Of a DNA stretch of 64,000 nucleotides, positions 13,486 through 25,411 are shown one piece after another. The notes beneath the pieces were generated by a model. That model had not been told where the DNA came from, searched no databases, and worked only from the letters and a program-made list of their open reading frames with translations. The translations under genes were made by a program, and so were the position numbers. Position 1 is the first letter of the stretch. Each line of letters begins with the position of its first letter. Location: the NCBI RefSeq assembly GCF_001194135.2, contig NC_068986.1, positions 73,295,901 to 73,359,900 on the forward strand, read 5' to 3'. Origin of the DNA: Octopus bimaculoides. Its lineage: Eukaryota.

Positions 13486-14167
13486 CTACCAAACAATCAC
13501 CCTTCCAGAAGTGATGGTAATCTTTTAAGCTATAAGTGTATACCTGGAATTTTGGAGGGAAGAAACTAGTTGATTAGAAAGACTGTAGTGCTTTAACAAA
13601 AGCTTTAACCCTGATAACGCAAACGTCATATTTTGACGTTGAACCATTCCCACCCCTTGCACGTCCATCACGATGACTTTTGTAATCGTCTGTTCTAATT
13701 TACTTACTAGTCTCCACTTCATATTTCCCTATCGCTACTTCTTCGTTAAATCCTTCGATTCAACTCTAATCATCCTCTTCAGAGCATTTTATCCCCGGTT
13801 GTTGACTATCGCCCTCGTTAACTGCCACTTAATTCGTTTATCTGATTGCTGCAGGCTTTGCACGCTGTGAACAGCGCCTTTAACTTTCAGTAATTGGGTT
13901 TGTGTTTGTGTGTTATAGCTGCCAAACCGATTATCTTACAAATCATAAATTTACGGTTTGTGTAGACAATCAGTTAAAACGGTAGACAACTTACACTATC
14001 TCTATTTGCTGATCTAATAAATGCTCAAAATACTATCCAAATTGTCCGATGTGGTTACCCCATGTCCACACTGATGTACTCACCAAATCTAGTCAGTAGC
14101 TCTGACAAAGGGAAGTGTTTGAGTTAGTTTACGGCGATTTTACACTCTCTTATTGGCTCTTGCCATA

Positions 14168-15068
14168 CGAGATCTGCCCAATAAATATCAGGACTGTTGC
14201 CATAATAACGAAGCTAAAGCACGCAGAGTGAAGCTACTCGGCACAGATTGACCTTGGACTCTGCTGTTTATGTGCACTAAGTTTTAACGTTCTAGCTCAC
14301 TTCCGCTGTTTACAGCAGTGTTTGGAAGAAACGTGTGTAGCGTGTGATCGTCGCATTGACCATGACAGAGAAAGTTGTTATGGTGATATCTACTGAGACG
14401 CTTGCACAATGTTGCAGAAAGTATATGGAAAGGAGTGTATGAGCCGCACACAAGTGTACAGGAGGTTCAGACGTTTCCCAGATGGCCGAGAAAATGTCGA
14501 TTGTGACAAACGTTCTGGGAGACCCGCAACTAACAGAACTGAGAAAAATATTGCAGATGTGCGTGCAACTGTGAGGGAAAATCGTCGAATCATTCTCTGT
14601 GAGTTATCAGAGGTCGTGTAGATTAGTTACAGTTCAGTTCAGTCCGTTATCATTGAAGATTTGGGTATGAGACGCGTGTCTACCAAGTTTGTAACAAAAC
14701 TGCTTTCAGCTGACCAAAAAGACACTCGGGTTTCAGTTGCACAAGATCTCTTTGATTGTGATTGTGTCGAGAACGATGAAAACTTTTTGAAAACTTTGCG
14801 TAGGCCTCTGAGCAGGTATCACCAAGCTTTTGGCAAAATCTGATGCAGATTCTCCGCTTAACTTTCTCTGTCATGGTCAACGCGACGATTATACGCTACA
14901 CACGTTCCTTCTAAGCACTACTGTAAGCAGGGAAGGTGAGCTAGAACATTAAAACTTAGTGCACATGCACAGCAGAGTTCGAGGTCAATCGGTGCCAAGC
15001 TGCTTCACTCTGAGTGCTTTAGCTTCGTTACTATGGTAAAAGTCCGGATACTTATTGATCAGACCACG
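14168..15068 (+). mobile_element. Non-autonomous mariner element with extended inverted arms and transposase N-terminal remnant
   Basis: TA-flanked termini CGAGATCTGCCCAATAAATATCAGGACT / AGTCCGGATACTTATTGATCAGACCACG. Remnant MLQKVYGKECMSRTQVYRRF...RSGRP...LGMRRVSTKFV is a mariner HTH. The right arm carries an inverted copy of the ATG region (MTEKVKRRICIRFCQKLG). Confidence 0.92.
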
Positions 15069-15614
15069 CATATGTCAGCTTTCGCCTAAAATGCTATTCC
15101 ATGCATTACAGTGCAGGACATTTCTAACAACGTTTCTAAACACCTGAAAAAAAAATGCAGTTCCTCTGCTCTTCCTTTGAAGAAATTGCAATGACTACTA
15201 ATCACCTACAATATCACCGAAGGTGATCCGTACCTCGAGATCTCGACCTTTCGAAAACAACGTCACTACACCGCCGTTCGATCCGGGTCGATCTAAGATG
15301 CGTATGCCATGGTGTTCTCGAAACCTGGGCGCAAGTGTGTGCATTCTGGAATTCTTGATCTTGCTAATAGGTCATATTTATGTCTAGTGAACGGAGGTTG
15401 TTACTGTAGCGGCTTTGCTTCCAAACCGAATCCGTGTTACGAGCATTTATATGTCCACCCTGAGAAATTGGTATGTTGGTCAAAGAAAGCAGTCGCTAAC
15501 TTTGGTTTCCGAAAAGGACGGGTAATCCGTCCGTAAAAAGTATTTTTAAAAATGTCTTAGTAATACTTTGTTTCTGAAATAGTCATGTTAATGTGTGGCT
15601 ATGTCTGTCTAGAT

Positions 15615-15893
15615 CAGGGGTTTTCAAACTTTTTGACTTGCGGACCCCTTTATATTTCAGGCTTTACCTTATAAACGCTTATGAAATTTATACATAAATA
15701 TTTGCTTAAAATAACATATTTTTACATTTATTTATTTAACAGTAACAAATAGGTTTATTGTCAATTAAAAGATTTCGATTAAAAAACATATATAAAATCA
15801 AATTGCCCATAAAAAATATTTGCTGTCCACGGACCCCCTGTCTTGTCCTTGCGGACCCCCTGTGGTCCGCGGACCACAGTTTGAAAACCCCTG
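15615..15893. mobile_element. hAT (Charlie-like) MITE
   Basis: TIR CAGGGGTTTTCAAACT / AGTTTGAAAACCCCTG; perfect 8-bp TSD GTCTAGAT at 15607-15614 and 15894-15901. Confidence 0.95.
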
Positions 15894-16059
15894 GTCTAGA
15901 TAGTCTTTGTCTATCCATGTAGAATGATAGACGGCCGCTGTTTTTGTTTAGAAAATAATTAACTTTTATCCAGCGAAACCTGGCAATAATCCACTCTAGT
16001 AGTCTGAGACGTCCGCATGCTTCAAAACAACAACGGTAGCAGCAGCAGCAGTAGCAATT

Positions 16060-16200
16060 ATTTCTAACATAGGTACAAGGAATGAAAGAGGTGTTAGTCT
16101 ATTAACTCAACTCTAGTACTTCACTGATACTTTATTTATCGACCCCCGAATGTATGAAAGGCAAAGTTAACCTCAACAGGATTTGATCTCGCATTATTAA
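16060..16200 (-). mobile_element. SINE family B, 3' fragment
   Basis: TTTATCGACCCCCGAATGTATGAAAGGCAAAGTTAACCTC. Confidence 0.7.
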
Positions 16201-16267
16201 GAACAAGGGGAAATATCAGAAAGTACTTTGTGTACGGCACTTCACTCGTTTGAATGAAACTTGTTTA

Positions 16268-16698
16268 TTCTTTTATTTTACTTGTTTTAGTCATTTGACT
16301 GTGGCCATGCTGGAACACCACCTCGAAGGGTTTTAGTCGAACAACTCGACTCCAGGACTTTTTTAAGGCCTAGTACTTATTCTATCGGTCTTATTTGCTG
16401 AACCGCTAAGTTATGAGATGGTAAACACATCAACACCGATTGTCAAGCGGGGATGGGGATGGGGGTGAACACAGGCACACACACACAGGCACACACACAC
16501 AGGCACACATACACACACACACACAGACACACACACGACAGGCTTCTTTCAGTTTCCAACTACCAAATTCACTCACAAGGCTTTGGTCGGCCCAAGGCTA
16601 TAGTAGAAGACATTTGACCAAGGTACCACATAGTGAAACTGAACCCGGAACCATGTGGTTGGGAAGCAAGTTTCTTACTACACATCTAGGCCTGCGCC
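16268..16698 (-). mobile_element. SINE family A, full-length
   Basis: Revcomp matches family A head to tail, with an internal CA-rich tract. Confidence 0.9.
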
Positions 16699-16903
16699 TG
16701 GTTATATTGTTATAGAGAATTAACCTCAAAATATGACTGGTACTCGTTATATTCACCATGATAAAATGCAATTTGATAAAGACCGGTTGAACTTGAACAC
16801 GACAAGTAGTGGGTTGAAACTAAATACTTTAATATATTTAATCTTCGCTGGTACAATAATAATATATCTATGGTTGGCACGATGTGTCAAACACAACAGT
16901 TTC

Positions 16904-17104
16904 GAGGTGGCAGAATACTTACCACCCTGGGCAAAATGCTTAGCGGCGTTTTGTCCGTCTTTACGTTCTAAGTTCAAATTTCGCCGAGATCGACTTTATC
17001 TTTTCGGGGTCGATAAAATGAGTACCACTTGAGCACTGGGGTTGATGTAATCGACTTACCCCTTCCCCCGCACTTGCTGGCCTTGTGCCAAAAATTGAAA
17101 TCAA
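16904..17104 (+). mobile_element. SINE family B
   Basis: GCAAAATGCTTAGCGGCGTTTTGTCCGTC...GGGGTCGATAAAATGAGTACC. Confidence 0.88.
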
Positions 17105-17209
17105 TATGGTGTAATGTTTACGATTTAATAATGTATGATATCGTGGATTCTTCTGTCGTAGACGACAGGTGAGGGTTCCGCAATTTCTTGTTGAACAGTC
17201 TGCACAAGT

Positions 17210-17410
17210 GATTTGATAACCGTACACTAACTGTGCATTAGCTCGTTCCCTCCACCAAATCGACATTACCTGTACAGGTGCACGGTGTGCCACATATCAG
17301 ATGTCGAAACGAACGCAGAGCGACGTAAAATTAAAAGTTTTGCTTCAGGCCTCACCGCACCACCCGACCCCGGAAAACGAAACCACGATAAGATCGTGAA
17401 TATAACAACC
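17210..17410 (-). mobile_element. SINE family G
   Basis: Homologous to 2641-2850 (ACAGGTGCACGGTGTGCCACA). Confidence 0.65.
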
Positions 17411-17867
17411 TTACAAGGCCACGCAAATGCACCGTGTATGATATAGCGTATAATGTCTTACAATGTTATATTACAGTCGAAGACCTTTTATATTTTATTT
17501 TATTTCTCCTCATTTTTTACTTTAAACACACATGACCCAAGTCAAAGTTCATTCTAACAGCTGATGTGGAATCAACTTTTTTTTTTTTTGTTTCAAAGTT
17601 GATTCCGATTTGCCCTCCGAGTTTTCACGCCGTCGCTCGACCAGCGAGAAATAGGAGTTAAATTGTTCTCATTTCAAGCCCTAAGTAATGTATTAAAAGA
17701 CAAAAAACAAAAAAACAAAAAACAAGAAGGCATTGTTTAAACTTTTTTTTAAAATGATATATCGGCGGCTCAGAACATTAATAGTTTCGTGTGTGTAGTA
17801 CACATACAGATTCACACACAACCAATGTGACAATAATTTTGAAGTTACGGCATTCTTGCTTTCCTGG

Positions 17868-17913
17868 GACAGTCCGAGGAAGGCTAGCAGGTCGAAACTT
17901 CGATGTCACTGTC
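17868..17913 (+). ncRNA. Relic minimal type I hammerhead ribozyme (Penelope-type)
   Basis: Stem I GACAGT/ACTGTC; core CCGAGGA (canonical CUGANGA, one substitution); stem II GGCT..GGTC with wobble pairs; GAAAC; palindromic loop III TCGA; GTC cleavage triplet at 17905-17907. Confidence 0.6.
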
Positions 17914-18919
17914 ACCACTATTCTTAATATGTGAATAAATATGTACACTTCAGAAACTATTGAGTAATCCTTCAATTTAATGTGAAATTGCTTTTATTAT
18001 AACATAAAAACAAACATGTATGTATGCATGTATGTATGTATGTATGTATGTGTTTGAGTGTATGTACACACACACAGAAGCCAAATTTACTTTCCAAATT
18101 AAAAGAAAATAACAATATAATTATCGTTAACATTTTGTGTTTGGACAAATGAAAATGAATTTTCTATTTAAAAATTTAAAAACAAAACAAAACAAAGAAG
18201 TTTTGTAATAATACACATTTCTATTGCCGCAGGAAGGACAATTAATTCTCCAAATGAAAAAGACAAAAGTTATGACAAATTTGCCTTTTATAAAAAGGAA
18301 AAATTAATATCTTCTAATGTACACAAAACGTGGTATATATTTATTTCTAAATTCATAATTGTTTGTCTCGTAGCTACCTTCTCTCTTTCAGTCTGTCTAT
18401 CTCGCCGATGTCCAGGAATTGAGACAGGAGAATTCATCGTAAAATAAATTAAAATTACGTAGATATATAATGGTACATTATTGAACATTTTACAGGAAAT
18501 AATATTCTATTTACATATTGTTAAATGCACCGTAGCATCACTGTCAAACTGTCATTCTTGACAGTACGATTATTCTATTTCAGTAAACTCTAAAATATTA
18601 TTAGTAAACATAATTGTTTTTCTTTTTTAATATCTACTACCTATAAATTGGGATGACGATTGTTTCAAATATCCACGGTTCTAATATACCATCAAATACG
18701 GTAATTCTAATAAATTTTGCTTCTATTCTATAAAGAGTAATTATACATTATAAAAGAACTAAAGTTAAGCAATATAAAATAGTGTTTTAAATATGACTTT
18801 ACTAGTGCAAAATACTGTTGTAAATGTGGCCTTGCCAGTTAACTCCAATGTCACATTCCAACATGAAACAAAGTTCCTACTTCTCTACATTTCTTCTTTC
18901 TTTTTCTTCTTCTGCTTCA

Positions 18920-19048
<129 letters not shown>

Positions 19049-19137
19049 TTAACGCCCGTCTGCCCGTCTGTGAGTTTCTATTTGTTTATCTGTCACATCG
19101 AAGGAGCGTGGCTAAGTGGTTACGGTATTCAGCTCAC

Positions 19138-19545
19138 TCGTATCGGAGTGGCTCAGCGCCTCGGTCTCTATGTGCGTGAGCCACACACAGATGCTGTTGT
19201 GGAGCTGTTGTCGACGAATTCGGTTTCTATGTGTTATCCTGCAGCTATAGCGCGGGTCGGATTCCCTGACATGCTGCCCTGAACGACATCATTAAAAGGG
19301 GCCTCGACGCGGCCGGCTTCTCATCATATCTGGAGCCGGAATGTCTTCACTACGGGGATTGTAAGTGCCCCGATGGAATATTCCTCTTCCCGTTTGAGGA
19401 AGAGCGCGACGTGCTACGTGACGTGCTGCGACATGTCCACCGTTTCCAATTTTGCCGCATCTGCCGCAAACGCGGGTCCTGCCGCCTGTAATGCAGAGGG
19501 GAGGAAGTTAAACAAATACTAGAATCTGACTAGCCGCTGTCCCGC
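19138..19545 (+). mobile_element. CRE-clade-like non-LTR retrotransposon relic: zinc knuckle and restriction-like endonuclease
   Basis: With one frameshift and stops: RIGVAQRLGLYVREPH.RCCCGAVVDEFGFYVLSCSYSAGRIP*HAALNDIIKRGLDAAGFSSYLEP...KCPDG...AACNAEGRKLNKY. This fits the RHxxLND..EP..PDG..AExxKxxKY RLE pattern. Confidence 0.8.
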
Positions 19546-19619
19546 CCTAACTAACGATGATAAACACCGACTTCTTTGCTCACACTTTGCCCCAAGATCT
19601 TAAACAATACATATGGTTG

Positions 19620-20974
19620 TGATCCGGAAAAAAACCGCTTTTGTTGGTGTTCTCTCAACAGCCCTAAGACTCCTTGGCACTCACAGCTGAAGGAATTCTC
19701 CCTTTCTGCAATCAGTTACGGCAGACGTTTGCCAAAAGGTCATGAAACAAATCTGACATAAAACCATAAGCTTCATAGGACAAATTATCAAAGTCGAGCG
19801 ATTTGTCTTTGCGCAACCGCTCACAACCTGCTTTATTTCAGTTGCTGTCACTGGCCTTTTGCAGTATCTCACATCTTCCGCGGAGAGTTGCAGCAGGCCA
19901 TTGAGGTAGGTGCTGAAGTCCATAACAGTTTCCAACCTGTCGCTCGCTTCGAACAATTGAGCAAAGTACTACAGAAAAACTGCACACATCTGCTTGAAAT
20001 TGAGTAGCATGTGTCCATCCTGGTTCGTTAAAGACCGAATTGTAGTTTTGTTGCCACGTCGTGCCCCCATCACCCAAGGCTGTCGAGCGGCTTTTGTTCC
20101 CCTTTGCTTTAGTGCACGAGCGCTAGCTTTGACAACGCACACTTTGTGTTTCGAGTTGAAGAAATATTCGAGGGCCATCCTCATAGCTAGTACTTCGCTT
20201 GCTATGCCTTTACTAATCCCCTCTTCTAACTTGCTAACTAGCTCCCCATCTAATCTCTCTATCTCTTTCGCTCTCTTCTCTTTACTAAACGCTATCTGCC
20301 TATATCTAATCGCCTTCTTCAGAGTACTCTACTACGGGCTGTTTACCATTGCCCTCACAAAATACTAGTTCTCTAATCTGATCCCTGTAGTGTTGCATCT
20401 GTGATTCCTGTGCAAATCACAAATTTGTGGTCCATGTAGCTGAGCAGTTTAAATTATGGATACCCTACACTTCCGCTAACCCAACGAACACTGAACGATC
20501 TGGATGACCCGCTGTGGATACTCTATGTCCACATTGACGCATTCAGGAAATTCAACCAGTACAAGTAATAAAAAATGGGGCGTCCTCAACAAAGTTTCTT
20601 CATGTCTAAAGATATCCGACTGTCCTTCTACAATAGGTACATAGACGGTCACAAATCTGAGGGCACTGATTTTACTGTCGTTTAGATCTAGTATTGCTGA
20701 CTCCAGTACTGCCCAGATATAGAAAAATCGTTTGGACCTCAACCTAATTCTTTTTGGGTATGGTACTATCATTTCACTACCCGATCCCACTAGACCACAA
20801 GATAAGTAAGCGCAAAAGCCGTTAAAAATAGGACTGAAAGCTTATGTTTTAAAAATTGTTATCTCGGTAATGACTACCACATCTATGTCTGGTGAGCTGA
20901 GGTTGTTGAACCAGTGAAATTGCTTCCAAGCTGACTCCCAGGCCACGTACATTGATATGTCCTACGCATGATAC
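19620..20974 (-). mobile_element. Tx1/L1-like LINE relic, copy B: APE endonuclease and linker
   Basis: VGHINVRGLG...IDVVVITE...ALRFVTVYVP; linker MDFSTYLNGLLQLSAEDVRYCKRPVTATEIKQ; multiple stops and frameshifts. Confidence 0.8.
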
Positions 20975-21545
20975 CGACAGATGACCATTTATTCTGGTCA
21001 CCGAACAAATGTCGCTGTATAATGCAGCGATCAAAATTTTGAAAACTAGATCGAAACCGGCCACGGACAGCTGCTAAGTATTGATGGCCGACCATATTGA
21101 AAACTTTCGACTGATCTAAATTGATCAGGGCGCCTCCCATGCAAGGCCTTTTACTCGCTCTTTCTATAAAATATCGCATGAGGTGGAGGCTGTCGTAGAT
21201 AGATCTGTTTGGTGAGGCACATGTCTGTGCCTAATCTACCAGAGTATCGAGAACAAGCGCCAACCTCTTAGCTAACATCTTGACCGAAGTCTTCAACTCT
21301 GTATTTAGTAGAGTTACGGGCCTGAAGTTATTAAAATCAACTTTTAGTTCGGGCTCGTTTTCAGTAGCACCACCACACCACTTTTCGCAGGATTTCCATA
21401 GAGGATTATTAGTTGAGTGGGTGAGTCATGGTAACCTGCGATTGACTTTGGGCATCGACAAGAACAGTGTGAGCAATCTTCGAGAGGATTTTCAGGTTAG
21501 GGACTATGGACTTTTCAAAAGTCATTGGCATGTCAGTGCTACAAG
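20975..21545 (-). mobile_element. Tx1/L1-like LINE relic, copy A: RT N-terminal part
   Basis: GVVVLLK..DFNNFRPVTLLNTELK..KMLAKRL..AQTCASPNRSIYDSLHLMRY..GGALINLDQSKVFNMVGHQYL..RINGHLS. Confidence 0.88.
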
Positions 21546-21569
21546 GGAGATAAACAGCACATGATCCTG

Positions 21570-23033
21570 CAAGTGGGGCTCAGTTAAAATTTTATCCCCC
21601 ACACAATCTCGAACTCAACAACGAACTAGCTAGACTTAAACGACCCATTTTTAGCATCCTAATTAAACACCTCGCTCTACCACACAAACTTACAAAATCC
21701 CAATTCCTCACTTTACAAAACCTACGACATAAAAAACCTCGTTTGCTTCCCCTCAAACAAGAGGAAGGAATTCTACACTATAGATAAATCCACTTACGAC
21801 AAATTAGCGATCGAACATTTCAATGATACCATATTATAAGAAAAAGCACACCACATCTAGTCAGCTTGAAGCCAAGATTAACGCCTACTGAAACAATATT
21901 TGCCTCAACAGAAAGCTCTCCAAGAAGACTAGACTCAAATTCCCATCTAAAAATACGCACCTTCTATCACAAACCTGGGCCCAAACATAAAATTAGACCT
22001 ATAGTCTCGGAAATTGACGGCCCCTTTTATAAAATTTCTTGGCTTCTCTCTAACCTCCTCAAACTTCTACTTCATATATTCCTTGGACACGTCGACAGCT
22101 CCAAGGAGATCTTTAAGAGACTCAAGGATATCCACCCCTCCGTATTCAGGAATAACCGGTACCCTTTCAGCCTAGACGTTGTCTCCCTCTATACTTCCGT
22201 GCCCGCACTTTCGGCTATTGGTATCATTACTGACCGCATCGCATCTCTCCTTTCGTCCCCACTTCTCTCCCACCAATTTCTTCCTCTCCTCCTTTTCGCT
22301 CTTCTCCTTCTTCCTCCTCTTTCTGTTCTTCTTCCCCTTCTCCTTCTTCGTCTTCCCCTCCCCCTTTCACCACGCTTCACCTTTTTAGTCTTACACCCTC
22401 GGGCATCAGTGAACTACTAGTCATTACAATAGGTAACACCTACTTTCAAATCAACTGTGAGGTATATAAAGAAATCTCAGGTCTACTGAAGGGGTCCAGC
22501 TTTTCAGGCCTGCTGATCATCTCGTACATGGATCAACTCGAGCGTTCGGCGCTTAACACCTGTCACTCATGCGTCTTCTCAAGGTATGTCGGCGACATTC
22601 TGATGCTCACCTCCACCCAAGAAGAGGCTACTGCCATACATCAAACTTCAACAACGTCGACTGCCACATCAAATTCGAAATCGAACACCCGGACGAATCC
22701 TCTCTATGTTAGATTTCCAAATCAAGATCACAGAGGAGAGTTACATCTTCACGAAATTTTTATAGAAAAGCGGCCAGTAGGAATCTGTTCGTACATTACG
22801 AATCAGCCCCGCCTACAAGGGCCAAATTCGCATACGTGCAAAATTAGATCACACATATAAGAGACAGGTGCAGCGAAGCAACGGGCAAAGCTGCCAACAC
22901 CAAGCAGTCCCTCAGGAACTTAGCACACAAGGGCTATTCATCATCTGCAGCTAAACCACTGCACCCAAACATGAAAGTGATAAAACAACATAAGAAAGCC
23001 CATAAAAAGTTGGAAAATCCCCCTTAAACTGCC
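21570..23033 (+). mobile_element. Penelope-like retroelement RT relic
   Basis: FYHKP..KIRPIVSEIDGP, FSLDVVSLYTSVP, FSRYVGD (YVDD motif altered), IKFEIEH; CT-rich interruption at about 22250-22400. Confidence 0.88.
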
Positions 23034-23960
23034 CTATTCTGGGTCCACGAAGATCGTACGTATCTGCAGAGCCAAGCTTTTCCGGAGCAAAACCACAACA
23101 CCTCTCTTCCCTCCTGTCCGACTAGGAGACATGATTTTCTCATAGCAATTCAGGAGAGTTGAGAAGGCCTGCAGCTTGTCCAGCTTGGTCTCTGTAGCAA
23201 CTATCACATCTATTCTGTGTGACCTGAGGTCGTCGTGGAAACAAGCCTGCTTCCTCTTTGAGCCTAGGCCACAAACATTTAAACAACCAATGCGTAACGT
23301 AGCCATGTCAAAAACAAAAAAGAAAATTGGAGCCTACCTGCTCTTTTCATCTTTCGAGGGGGATCGATCTCAGTATCACCGAAACCTGTTCCCCCTCCTC
23401 CTTCCTCTCGTATAGAAACGGTTCTACTGGCGGGTTAACCACTTTCGGTAACTCCGTTAACTCCGCTATTTCATTAAGATGTTTCTATTTTAAGCCCGTA
23501 TATAATTTTTTAGAAATGTTCCCTATTGTTATAGGGCTTCTGCTGTTACTGTTTGTGTATAGTAATGTTTCGTTGGTGGGGTTTAATCATTCCCCTCTAA
23601 GTATTTATTACTAATTTTGAAAGTTATAACAGTATTATCCGCTTTCTTCATTAAGTCGGTTATTTGCAGTTTCATTTTCCCCTTCTTTGGTTCTTTGGGT
23701 TTTTCCTTTTGTTCCTGTTTTTCCGCCGCTTTGCTTTTTGGAGCCACCTCCTGGGACTTCGTGGCCGACTCAATTTTCTTGGGGCGTTTTCGTGACACCG
23801 TCTGAAATTCCTTAGGTGACCTTTTTGTCCACACTTGTAGTCCCTTGGTTGTCTCCACTCCACGTGAACCGCCAGCACCGTCTCCTCTCCAATGTGTATG
23901 CTGTCTTGCTTCTGACTGGTGTTTGAAGTTCGTCCTGTTTCTATCGGGAGTTCGTGGCTC
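23034..23960 (-). mobile_element. Tx1/L1-like LINE relic, copy A: ORF1 remnant and ORF2 start
   Basis: ORF2 start MATLRIGCLNVCGLGSKRKQ..IDVIVATETK (APE N-terminus); upstream YKCGQKGH knuckle remnant and K/E-rich ORF1 tail. Confidence 0.88.
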
Positions 23961-24220
23961 AAATTAGTATATGTTTTGAAAAGGATTTGATTGGTAGAGG
24001 ATAGTCACATGACTGGTCTTAGAAATTATTGTAGNNNNNNNNNNNNNNNNNNNNNNNNNNNNNNNNNNNNNNNNNNNNNNNNNNNNNNNNNNNNNNNNNN
24101 NNNNNNNNNNNNNNNNNNNNNNNNNNNNNNNNNNNNNNNNNNNNNNNNNNNNNNNNNNNNNNNNNNNNNNNNNNNNNNNNNNNNNNNNNNNNNNNNNNNN
24201 NNNNNNNNNNNNNNNNNNNN

Positions 24221-24259
<39 letters not shown>

Positions 24260-24314
24260 TGCTATTAAGTTTGACATGGCCTGGACCAATCTTTGGTCGA
24301 AACATATCTAAGTT

Positions 24315-24420
24315 TATCTACGATGGGCTTTTTCTACTTTCCGTCTACCAAATCCACTCACAAGGCTTTGGTCGGAACAATGTGGTTGGGAAGCAAGGTT
24401 CTTACCACACAGTCATGCCT
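24315..24420 (-). mobile_element. SINE family A, 5' half, internally deleted
   Basis: TTTCCGTCTACCAAATCCACTCACAAGGCTTTGGTCGG. Confidence 0.75.
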
Positions 24421-24439
24421 GATTTTGGATCAAGGGGTC

Positions 24440-24630
24440 ATGACAATGACCTTTGTAAGACGTCCGAGACCAGATAGTTTAAAAATGTTAATGCTCCATT
24501 TGGCGTGCATGTAAGCAGGGTAGGGAGCCCGGAGAAGTGGAAAGGAATAGATTTGAAGAAGGTTGATCCAGAGTGTGGAGTTGGATACAAAGCTGGCAGC
24601 GAAGATGGGAACTTTCTCCATAGCGGTACA
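24440..24630 (-). mobile_element. Possible LINE (CR1/L2-like) linker fragment
   Basis: IFAASFVSNSTL resembles the FASNSTL linker motif; short and degraded. Confidence 0.35.
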
Positions 24631-24733
24631 ACTACCATTGGTTAGCAAAGGAGGGAAAAAGCACTCCGTACATAGTATATTTTCACTGAACCTCCACCAT
24701 ATACTTTTCGTAAGTAATACATTTCCTTTGAAT

Positions 24734-24830
24734 AAGGCGGCGAGCTAGCAGAATTGTTAGCACGCCGAGCAAAATGCTTAGCAGTATTTCGTCCGTCTTT
24801 TATGTTCCGAGTTCAAATTCTGAAAAGGTG
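24734..24830 (+). mobile_element. SINE family B, 5' part
   Basis: AAGGCGGCGAGCTAGCAGAATTGTTAGCACGCCG. Confidence 0.82.
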
Positions 24831-24875
24831 TACTTTGGAACCAATGTATTTCCTCTGAATTTTCGCTTTAAATCT

Positions 24876-25213
24876 TATTCTTTTGACTTTTACCTGTTTC
24901 AGTCATTGGACTGGGGCTGCCGCGTTGAAGGAATCGGACGCAGTACTTATGTTTAAGTCGACTATTTATTCTATCCATCTCTTTTGCGGAAGTGCTAGGT
25001 TACGGGGACGTCAACAAACCAACATTGTTTTTCAAGTGATCGGGCAGACAAACATATACGGGCTTCTATATAGTTTCCAAATTCACTCACAAGGCATTGT
25101 TCGGCCTCCGGCTATAGTGGGAAACACTTGTTCCAGATGCTGCACACTGAGACTGAACTCCAAAACAACGTGGTTGCAAAGCGAGCTTCTTAAGCAGACA
25201 GTCATACCTGTAC
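24876..25213 (-). mobile_element. SINE family A, diverged
   Basis: Revcomp similarity head to tail. Confidence 0.75.
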
Positions 25214-25257
25214 CTAGTATAGAATATTTATATAATATTATTTTCGATTTTGTGACA

Positions 25258-25400
25258 GGGCCAACAATTTTGAGTGGCAGAGGAGGGGGGGGGGCAAATC
25301 AATTACATCGACTTTAGTACTAGACAGGTACTTTATTGTTATCGACCCCGCAAAAAGATGAAAAGCAAAATTGACTTCGACTGGATTTGAACTCAGAGTG
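25258..25400 (-). mobile_element. SINE family B, 3' part
   Basis: ATCGACCCCGCAAAAGATGAAAAGCAAAATTGACTTCG. Confidence 0.7.
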
Positions 25401-25411
25401 TATTTTTTTTA

